64,000 bases of DNA, taken from the NCBI GenBank assembly GCA_964016885.1, contig OZ024740.1:195734001-195798000 (forward strand). The letters run 5' to 3'. Of the stretch, positions 25,360 to 36,089 are shown piece after piece. How positions within the stretch are numbered: the stretch's first letter is position 1; every line of letters begins with the position of its first letter. Made by a program: the position numbers and the translations under genes. The notes beneath the pieces were generated by a model. That model did no database searches. It had not been told where the DNA came from and was given only the letters and a program-made list of their open reading frames with translations. The stretch comes from Eledone cirrhosa. Taxonomy: Eukaryota.

Positions 25360-28300
25360 TAATGTTAGATTTAGGGTTAGTGTTAGGGTAAGTTTTACTG
25401 TTAATGGTAAGTTTATTGTTAGTGACTGTGTTACTGTTAGCATTACTGTCACTGTTAGTGTTACTGTAATTGTTACTCTTACAGTTACTGTTTGCGTTAC
25501 TGTCTGCATCAGCGTTAGCATTTGCATAAGCGTCTATGTAAGCTTTTGTGTTAGTGTCTAAGTAGACTGGTGTCAGCATCTATGTCAGCATTTGCGTCGG
25601 CGTCTGCATTGGTGATAGTGATTGTGTCAGCATTTCCCTTAGGGTCTGAGTCAACATTAGTGTTAGCATTAGTGTTTGTTTCAGTTCCTACGTCTACGTC
25701 AGCTTCTGAGTCAGCATTATCATTAGCGTCCGCATCAGCACTTGTGTCAGTGTCAGCATTTCCCTCAGTGTTTGCATTAGTGTTTGAGTCAGTGTTTGCA
25801 TTTGTGTAGGGGTTAGCATTTGCGTCAGCATCTGCATCAGCATTCACATTAGCGACAGCGTTTCCTTTAACGTCTTTGTCAGCATTTCCGTTAGCTTCTA
25901 CGTCAGTGTTTACGTTAGCGTCTGTGTCAGTGTTTCCTTTAACGTCTTTGTCAGCATTTGTATTAGCTTCTACGTCAGCGTCTGTGTCAACGTCTCTATT
26001 TACATCAGCGTCAGCGTTTACATTTGCATCTGTGTCAGCGTTTACGTTAGCTTCTACACCATCGTTTACATTAGCGTCTGCGTCATCGTTTACATTAGCA
26101 TCTGTGTCAACGTGTGTTAGCATCTGCGTCAGCATTTATGTTAGCGTCTGTGTCAGCGTTTATGTTAGCGTCTGCGTCAGTGTTTATATTAGCATCTGCG
26201 TCAGTCTTTATGTTAGCATCTGTGTTAACGTGTGTTAGCGTCTGCATCAGCATTTTCATTAGTGTTTGCATCAGTGTTTCCTTTAGCTTCTACGTCAATG
26301 TTTACGTCTGCGTTAAAGTTCACATTAGCATCGCTGTCATCGTTTGCGTCAGCATTTGCATTTGCTTTAACATCTGCATCAATATTTGTGTTTGTGTTTG
26401 CATTAGTGTCTGCATGTGCTTTAGTGTTTGCATCAGCATGAGCATTTGTGTCAGTGTCCACGTCAGCGTTAGAGTCTGTGTAGCATTTACATCAGCGTGT
26501 GCGTCAGAGTCTTTGTCAGCATTCACCTTTGCACCTGCATCAGTATTCATGTTAGTGTTTGTATCAGCGTAAGCGATTGTGTCAACATTTGCGCTAGCGT
26601 TTGTGCCAGCGTTGGTGTTAGTGTTTCCATTAGTGTTCATGTTAGTGTTTGGTTTTGTATTAGTGTTAGTGTTCAGGTTAGTGTTAGTGTCTGTGTTAGT
26701 TTTCAGGTTAATGTTGACTTAGTTTTCTGGTTGGTGTTAGTAGTCAGATTAGGGTTCGTGTTACTTTTAGTGTTAGTGCTCAGGTTAGTGGTTTATGGTA
26801 GTGTTAGTGTTCAGGTTAATGTTCGTGTTAATCTCAATTTTAGTGTTATTGTTCAGGTTAGTGTTAGTTTTAGTGTTATTTTTTCCATTAGTGTTAATGT
26901 TTGTGTTAGTGTTTCCATTAGTGTTAGTGCTAGTCTTTGTTTTTCTGTTAATGTTAGTGTTTGTTTTAGTGTTGAGGTTAATGTTAACTTAGTTTTCTGG
27001 TTAGTATCAGTTTTCGTGTTAGTTTTAGTGTTAGTGTTTTTTTAGTGTTAGTTTTTATGGTAGTGTTAGTGTTACTGTTAGTGCTCAGATCAGTGTTAGT
27101 GTTGTCTTACTATTTATGGTAGTGTTAGTTTTAGTGCTAGTGTTTAGGTTAATGTTAGTGTTTGTTTTTGCGTTAGTATCTCTGTTAGTGTTAGTTTTAG
27201 TGTAAGTGTTCAGGTTAGTGTTCAAGTTAATGTTAGTGTTAAGGTTAGTGTTAGAGATTGTGTTAGTGTTATTATTTGTTTTTGTGTTAGTATCTTGGTT
27301 AGCATTAGTGTTTGATGTTTCCATTAGTGTTAGTGATTGCGTTAGTCTTTGTTTTTGTGTTAAGGTTAGCGTTAATGTTAGCATTAGTATTTCTGTTAGT
27401 GTTAGCATAAGTGTTTATGTTAGTGTTCAGGTTAATGTTAGCTTAGTTTTCAGGTTAGAGTTAGTGTTCAAGTTAATGTGAGTTTTAGTGTTCAGGTTAA
27501 TGTTAGTGTTAGTTTTTATGGTAGTGTTAGTGTTACTGTTAGTGCTCAGATCAGTGTTAGTGTTACTGTTTATGGTAGTGTTAGTTTTAGTGCTAGTGTT
27601 TAGGTTAATGTTAGTTTTAGTGTAAGTGTTCAGGTTAGTGTTAGTGTTCAAGTTATGATAGTGTTAATGTTAGTTTTAGTGTTAAGGTTAGTGTTAGAGA
27701 TTGTGTTAGTGTTTGTTTTTGTGTTAGTATCTCTGTTAGCATTAGTGATTGATGTTTCCATTAGTGTTAGTGATTGTGTTAGTGTTAGTCTTTGTTTTTG
27801 TGTTAATGTTAGCATTAGTATTTCTGTTAGTGTTAGCATGAGTGTTTGTGTTAGTGTTCAGGTTAATGTTAGCCTAGTTTTCAGGTTAGTGTTAGTGTTC
27901 AAGTTAATGTTAGTTTTAGAGATTGTGTTAGTGTTTGTTTTTGTGTTAGTATCTCTGTTAGTGTTAGTTTTAGTGTAAGTGTTCAGGTTAGTGTTAGTGT
28001 TCAAGTTAATGTTAGTGTTAGTTTTAGTGTTAAGGTTAGTGTTAGAGATTGTGTTAGTGTTAGTATTTGTTTTTGTGTTAGTATCTCTGTTAGCATTAGT
28101 GTTTGATGTTTCCATTAGTGTTAGTGATTGCGTTAGCATTAGTCTTTGTTTTTGTGTTAAGGTTAGCGTTAATGTTAGCATTAGTATTTTTGTTAGTGTT
28201 AACATTAGTGTTTATTTTAGTGTTCAGGTTAATGTTAGTGTTCAGGTTAGAGTTAGTGTTTCAAGTTAATGTTAGTTTTAGTGTTAATGTTAGAGATTGC

Positions 28301-28810
28301 GTTAGTGTTTGTTTTTGTGTTAATATTTGTGTTAGTATCTCTGTTAGCATTAGTGTTTGTTTTAGTGTTGAAGTTAATGTTAGCTTAGTTTTCTGGTTAG
28401 TATCAGTTTTCAGATTAATGTTTGTGTTAGTGTTACTTTTAGTGTTAGTGCTCAGGTCAGTGTTAGTGTTTATGGTAGTGTTAGTTTTAGTGCTAGTGTT
28501 CAGGCTAATGTTTGTGCTAATGTTAGTTTTAGTGTAAGTATTCAGGTTAGTGTTAGTGTTTGTATTAGTGTTTACGGAAGTGTTAGTTTTAGTGCTGGTG
28601 TTCAGGTTAGTGTAAGTTTCAGTTTTAGTGTTAGTGTTCAGGTTAGTGTTTGTGTTAGTTTTCTATTTAATGTTAGTTTTCAGATTTTGTGTTTGTGTTA
28701 GTTTTTATGTTAGCGCTAAGTTCACTGTTAGAGCATGTGTGAGTGCAAGTGTTAGAGCATGTGTGAGTGTTATTTTTAAAGTTCGGTTTTAGCTTAAAGT
28801 TAAGTTTTCT
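25360..28810. repeat. Degenerate hexamer-period satellite (TTAGTG/TCAGCG/TTAGCA variants), copy 1
   Basis: 6-nt periodicity throughout, with higher-order internal duplications. This produces the many LVLV, TNTN and DADAN ORFs. Confidence 0.9.
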
Positions 28811-29784
28811 ACTTTCCAGGAAAAAAGTTGATCCTCTCTAACTTGAGTGGTGTGATATAGTGTGGTCAAGTATAGTGTTTCATAGTCTTGTGTGGTGTTG
28901 TCTATAGTTGTATAGTGTAGTATGGTATATTGTTTCATAGCATGGTCTGATGTGAGGTCGTACAGTGTTTCGTAGTGTGGTGTTGGATAATGTGGTATGG
29001 TATAATGTTTGTCAGTGTCGTGTGGTATGGTATAGGTTGATGTAGTGTGGCTTAGTTTGATTATAATAATACAAATAATAATAACAATAATAATAGTAAT
29101 AGTAATAATAATTGTTCTTCTTGTTCATTTTCTTTGTCTTCTTCTGTGCCTTTGTCTTCTTCTGTGCCTTTGTTTTCTTCTGTGCCTTTGTTTTCTTCTG
29201 TGTCTTTGACTGCTTCTGTGCCTTTGACTTCTTCTGTGCCTTTGACTTCTCCTCTGCCATCTAAATACCAAAAACAAAGAATGTAAAACATATATGTTGC
29301 CTATCTCTCAGACTTTACAAAGTGCTGAGGAGATAAAGTTAATTTAAAGAGCAGTGTGCTCATGCACTGTGATCCTATAATGTAGCTTATAAGCTATTTC
29401 ATAACTAAAAAACAATGTCAAACATCAACAAAAGTATATACAAATATCTTTGAATGTTTAAGTTAAACCTAAATAGATCATATCTACAGGTCATTAGGTT
29501 AAGACTGAACTAAGATCATATCTATAAATCATTAGGTTTAGCCTGAACTGAGATCATACTTTCTTCTTCTATTCGTCATCTTCGTTTTCCGTGTCTTCTT
29601 TGTCTTTGTTGTCATTTTCATTTTAGTCGTCTGCTTCGTCGTCTTTTTCTTCTTTTCCATCTAAATATAAAAAAAAATTGTAAACAAATATATAGCTGAT
29701 CACTCAGACTTTCACGAAACACCGAGGAGATACAGTTAATATAACGAGTAGGGAGCTCATATATATATATATATATATATATAT

Positions 29785-31675
29785 GTTCCGAAGGACTGGC
29801 GTAGCAGCATTATAGTTAACTGTTATAAGGGTAAAGGAGATGCCCTCGATAAGAGTAACTATAGAGGCATTAAATTAATCGACCAGGTCATGAAGGTCAC
29901 GGAAAAAGTAATAGCGCAACTAATCAGAGAGCGAATTGATCTAGATGAAATGCAGTTCGGGTTTGTGTCAGGAAAAAGTACCACAGACGCTCTTTTCATT
30001 GTACGACAACTACAGGAGAAGTACCTAGCTAAAAGTAAACCCCTATACTTAGCTTTCGTCAACTTGGAGAAGGCCTTCGACAGAGTCCCCCGTTCCTTTA
30101 TCTGGTGGGCTCTTAGAAAACTAGGTGTTGATGAATGGCTTGTGAGAGCTATACAAGCCATGTATAAAGAAACAGTCAGCAAGGTTAGAATTAACAACGA
30201 ATATAGTGAAGAGTTTAGTGTAAAAGTTGGTGTTCATCAGGGCTCTGTTCTTAGCCCCCTACTATTTATTATTGCCCTCCAGGCTATAACAGTGGAGTTC
30301 AAGACCGGCTGCCCATGGGAACTCCTATACGCAGATGATCTAACGCTCATAGCTGAATCAATGGCCGAGCTAGAGAAGAAATTCAAAACATGGAAGCACG
30401 GCCTAGAATCAAAAGGCCTTAAAATTAACCTGGCTAAGACTAAAGTTCTAGTTTGTAAGAAAGAAAATAAGGCGGCGGTCCCCTCCGGGAAGTGGCCATG
30501 TGCAGAGTGTAGGAAAGGCGTAGGTAGAAATTCCATTTTGTGTCCCAAATGCAAAGTTTGGGTTCATAAAAGATGTAGTGGGATCACAGGTAAGCTAACT
30601 AAGAACATAGATTTTACATGTGGCCGGTGTTCTGGGGCAATAAGTAGCAGCAAGTGCCCACAAATACTAGCTCTTTCAACTGCGCAGAGGGTTCTATAGA
30701 AATAGTGGACAGCTTCCGTTACCTGCAAAATCAGCAGTGGGGGAGGGTGCTCTGAAAGTACAGTAGCTAGAGTCAGAACTGGGTGGAAAAAGTTCAGAGA
30801 GCTTATACCACTATTAGCCGCTAAAGGGTTCTCCCTAAAAATGAAAGGCAGGTTGTACGATTCCTGCATACGAACAGCAATGTTGCATGGCAGTGAGACC
30901 TGGGCATTGTGTGCAGAGGATATACGCAGACTAGAGAGAAACGAAGCTTGCATGCTCCGCTGGATGTGTAATAGTAATATACGTGAACGACAAAGCATAA
31001 ACGAACTAAGGAAAAAATTAGAAATAAGAGGGATCAGATGTTGTTTACTAGAGAGAAGGCTACGTTGGTATGGTCACGTGATGCGCATGATGGACGATAG
31101 CTGTATAACAAAGTGCAGGGCAATAAAGATAGACGGTAGCCACAGAATAGGCAGACCCAGAAAAACCTGGGACGAGCTGATAAACTCCGACCTCACACAC
31201 TTACACCTCACCAAGACAATGTCACTGGACCGAGACCTTTGGCGGTACTCAGTAATAAAGACCCGCCTTACCTAAATACAAAGTAAAACCTACTACAGTC
31301 AGTAGGCATCTCTAACAAAATACACCCCCATCCCACCACCCCCACCCCATCCACACCGCCCCCTTCTATGTAAAGTTATGTTGGTGCCACACCATCCAGG
31401 CCGAAACAAATGAGATCGTGTAGGTGTCACGACAAAAAAACACACAGTCCACGCTGTAATGTGGCCGTGTAGTCAACACGGTAAAAACCTCCCAGACCCA
31501 CACTGTAAATGTGGTTGGTGTTAGGAAGGACATCCAACTGTAGAAAACCTGCCAGACAGTCCTATGCGAGCAAGACAATCACTCTTGCCTCAAGTGGGAA
31601 AACCCCCGTCCAAACCCATGCAAGCGTGGAACACGGACGTTAAACGTTGATGATGATGATGATGATGATGATGAT
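29785..31675 (+). mobile_element. 5'-truncated RTE-clade LINE inserted in (AT)n
   Basis: NYRGIKL, QFGF, LEKAFDRV, GVHQGSVLSP, YADD and RLRWYGHV...GRPRKTW motifs, a 3' UTR and a (GAT)n tail. Absent from the matching site in unit 2 (~40968-40978). Confidence 0.93.
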
Positions 31676-32004
31676 ATATATATATATATATATATGGTAT
31701 AACATGGTGTTATGTGGTCTGGTGTGGTACAACATGGTGTGATGTGGTGTGGTATGATATGGTGAGGCGGGGAGGGGGGCACAACGTTAGATTAACGTTA
31801 ACAATACACATGTAGCATCCATCTACAGGTGATTAAGTTAAGACTGAGGTGTAATCATATGAAAAGGTCAATTTAAAATTACACTGAGATCCTGCTTAAA
31901 ATGATGGTCAATGAAGTGTTTACTTACTCAGATCCTTTGAAATAACTTTCTCTTACTGTAACTGGACATACCTACGAAATAGAAAACAGTCGAATAGACA
32001 GTGG

Positions 32005-32412
32005 TGTGGTGTAGTGTAGTGTAGTGGAATGTGGTTTAGTGTAGTGGACAGTGGTGTGGTGGAGTGGAGTGTGGTTCAATGTAGGATGTGGGATATGGTG
32101 TAGTGAGTGTGGTGGGATGTAGTGTGGTAGCATGTGGTGTGATGGCATGTGATGTAATGTGGCGAGGCATGGTGAAATGTGATGTGATGTGATGAAATGT
32201 GGCGTGGCATGGTGAAATGTGATGTGATGTGATGAAATGTGGCGTGGCGTGGTGAAATGAGGTGAGGCGAGACAAGACGAGATGAGATGAGATGAGTGAT
32301 GTGATGTGATATGGTGTGGTCTGATGTGGTGTGGTGTGGTGTGATGTGATGTGATGTGGTGAGATGGGGTGTGGTGTGATGTGATGGCGTGCGGAATGAT
32401 TTGATGTAATGT
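32005..32412. repeat. Pentanucleotide (GTGTG/GATGT) degenerate microsatellite
   Basis: 5-nt periodicity. Equivalents at 33565-33870, 41283-41703 and 42720-42980. Confidence 0.85.
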
Positions 32413-32413
32413 G

Positions 32414-33560
32414 AAATTTGTTCATCCTATTTTTCATGTGCTATCAACTAATCCAATTTCCAAGATGCTTGAAACTGACTTTTTCCTCCCAGGAAAACGG
32501 CGGGGTGAGGTGGTTCCCCCTTCACCCAGATAACCCCTGCTTACTCGGAATTTTCCCTTTGATTCTATTTTCATGCGTTATGAGTGAATATGACTTCGAA
32601 ACCAGTCAAAAACAACTAGCTTTGGAGAAAGAGGAGGGGAAAGAGTTTTGCAGATCTACACCCCACTCACATGTTGTGGAACTTAATCATTTTCGGTATA
32701 TTTCCTATGCTATTTCCTATGCTATTTCCTATGCTATTTCTTGTGCTATTAATTAATCTGACCTCCTAGATGCTTCCAATCAACTTATTTCCCTGGGTTG
32801 GGTTTAGGGTTGGGGTAATGTTTAGGGTTTAGTTTTAGGGTTGGGGTAAAGTTTAGGGTTTAGTTTTAGGTTTAGGGTAATGTTTAGGGTCTAGTTTTCG
32901 GGTTGGGGTAAAGTTTAGGGTTTGGTTTTAGGTTTGGGGTAAAGTTTAGGGTTTAGTTTTAGGGTTGGGGTAATGTTTAGGGTCTAGTTTTAGGATTGGG
33001 GTAAAGTTTAGGGTTTAGCTTTAGGTTTGGGGTAAAGTTTAGGGTTTAGTTTTAGGGTTGGGGTAATGTTTAGGGTTTAGTTTTATGGTTGGGGTATAGT
33101 TTAGGGTTTAGTTTAAGGGCTGGGGTAATGTTTATATTTAGATTTAGCTTGGTTTGGTTTAGATTTAGACTTTAGGGTTGGGGCTAGATTTAATTTTGTT
33201 TAATTTAGTTTTAGTTTCCAAATCCCAGAAAAAAAAAAATTGATTCAGAGCAACTAAAAGGTCAGATTAGTTGATAGCACTCAAAAGGAAACCGAAGACA
33301 AATCATTAGGGTATATATCTACAAAACGACAATGGTTTTTCCACCTGCTTTACCCCTCCTTTTTCCTAGAACAACTAATCATTTCCAACTGGTTTGGAGG
33401 TCATATTCGTTGATAACATACGAAAAATCTTAGAGAAAACTCTGGGGTTAAATGAGAGAAGTGCATCCTCGATAGTTTTCCATGAAGAGAGAGTTTAATA
33501 ACAAACATCTTTGAGTTCGGGTTAGTTTATAACACATGACAAAAAGATGAGGAAAAAATT
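32414..33560. mobile_element. Foldback/MITE-like element with a telomere-like central spacer
   Basis: Arms 32414-32796 and 33224-33560 are imperfect inverted repeats, e.g. gtgctattaattaatctgacct versus aggtcagattagttgatagcac. The spacer holds ~31-bp units of TTTAGGG/TTGGGG. A duplicate lies at 41704-42720. Confidence 0.8.
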
Positions 33561-36089
33561 TTGGGTGTTATGTGGTGTGGAGTAGTGTGGTGTGTTTTTA
33601 TGTGGTGTGATGTAGTAAGGTGTGTTTTTATGTGGTGTGATGTAGTGAGGTGTGGTGTGTTGTGTTGTGGTGTTATGTAGTGTGGAGGGTACTTATGTGG
33701 AGTGATTTAGTGAGGAGTGGTGTGTTGTGTTGTGGTGTGGTGTTATGTGGTGTGGAGTAGTGTGGTGTAGTGTTGTATGTTTTTATGTGGTGTGGTGAAG
33801 TGTGGTGTGATGTGGTGTGGTGAAGTGCGATGCGGTGCAGTGTGGTGTTGTGCAGTGTTGTGCAGTGGGGTTCTTCATCTTTATCTTTCTCTTCTTCATC
33901 TTTGTATTCATCTTCTTTGTTTTGTCTTCCATCTAAACAAAAAAAAATATATATAAAACATATATGTAGCCAATCTCTCAGACTTTTACAAAGCTCCAGG
34001 GAGATAAATTTAATATAAGTGGTGTGTTCCTGAACAGACATACTACAAAATAGCTTAAAAGCTATATATATAAATAAATATACACGGGTTTGTATGATTG
34101 TGTATAGAAGATTATCTAAATATAAAACAAAATTGTAAACAAATATATCGCTGATCTCTCAGACTTTCACGAAAGAGCGAAGAGATAGAGTTAATATAAC
34201 GAGTGGGGAGCTCATATATATATATATATATATATGGTATAGCATGGTGTTATGTGGTCTGGTGTGGTATGTGGTCTGGTGTGGTATATGGTGAGGCGGC
34301 GGGGGGGGGGGGGACAACGTTAGATTAATGTTAACAATACACATGTAGCATCCACATGTGATGAGAAGGGGGAAACAGTGTTTAACTAATTTTAACATTA
34401 CATGTACCATCCATCTACAGGTGATTAAGTTAAGACTGAGGTGTAATCATATGAAAAGGTCAATTTAAAACTACACTGAGATTCTGCTTAAAATGATGGT
34501 CATTGAAGTGTTTACTTACTCAGATCCTTTGAAATAACTTTCTTTCTCTTACTGTAACTGGACATACCTACGAAATAGAAAACAGTCGAATAGACAGTGA
34601 TGTGGTGTGGTGTGCTTTGTTATAAGTAAGGAATTAAATTTCCACTTTGATTTATGTAAGAAAAAATTTTTTCCTTCACTTTTGCATGTGCTATCAACTA
34701 ATATAACTTTCAAGATGCTCGCAGTGGACTATGCTTTTAGCATATTAACAAAAAATATGACTTCCGCTGCAATAAAAAAAATGACTAGCTTTGTAAATGA
34801 TATTTCCACCCACATCCTCCCTCTTTTTTCTACAAAGCTAGTCATTTTTGACAGTTTTCCATGTCATAATTATTGATAATATGTGCGAAAAATAGTCAAT
34901 TGCAGCACCTTTGATGTCAGATTGGGTGGTAAGAACACACACAAAAAAAATAAAGAAGCAGGAAGAAAATTTGTTGGATTGTTGTAGTTATGACATGGGA
35001 ACCTATTGCAAATGATAGGTTTCCATGTTATATACATTGATAATGTGTAAAAAAAATAGTCATTTGTGAGCACCTTTGATATCAGATTGGGTGGTAAGCA
35101 CACACACACACACAGAAAAAAAAAACAGGAAGAAAAATGTTCTCACTGAGATTAATAGCATGGTGTGATGTAGTATGGTGTAGTTTGATGTAGTTTAATG
35201 TGGTATGGTTTTCCAACCTCCAACATGCTCACAGCCGACTATGCTTTTACCATCATCATCATCATTTTACGTCCACTTTTCCCTGCTTGCAAGGGTGAGA
35301 CGGCAACTGATTCTGGCTTGATTTCTACAGCTGGATGCCCTTCCTAACACCAACCTCATTTACAGTGAGTGCTAGGTGGTTTTTGCCGTGGCACCTACAC
35401 AACCACTTTGCAGTGGAATGATAGGGACCCCTACAGCTGAGTAGACTGGAGCAATGTGAAATAAAGTCTTGCTCAAGGAAACAACACACCACCTGGTCTG
35501 AGAATTGAACTCACAACCTTTCGACTGCAAGGCCACTGCTCTAACCACTAAGCCATGTGCCTCCATTACCATATTAACAACAAATATGACTTTCACTGCA
35601 ATCAAAAATGACAAGCTTTGTGAATGGTATTTCCACCCACTTTCCGCCCTCTTTTTTCTACAAAGCTAGTCATTTTCAACAGGTTTCAAAGTCTTCATTG
35701 ATAATATGTGCAAAAAATAGTTAATCGCAAACATTTTTAATGTCAGATTGGGTGGTAAGCACACACAAAAAAAGACAAAAAAAGCAGGAAGAAAATTTTT
35801 CACACTGAGTTCAATAGCATGGTGTGATGTAGTATGGTGTAGTTTGTTATGGTCTGGTTTGGTTTGGTTTAGTTTGGGATGGTTTAGTTTGGTGTAGTTA
35901 TTACATGGAAACCTATCATAAATTTACCAAGGTATGGTATAATCTGGTTTGGTGTAGTGTAGGTTAGTGTGGTGTGGTATGTTATTGTGTTGCATCGTAT
36001 AGTGTGATTCTCTTTAAAATGTAATGCCTATCTTCTATATCTTAAAGAGTGACCTTAAATGTGATTGCAAATGACTTTTTTCTCTGGAT

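Noticed and set aside
32797-33223. True telomere or chromosome-fusion scar
   Set aside because: The repeats are degenerate, in a single orientation and enclosed by transposon-like inverted arms.
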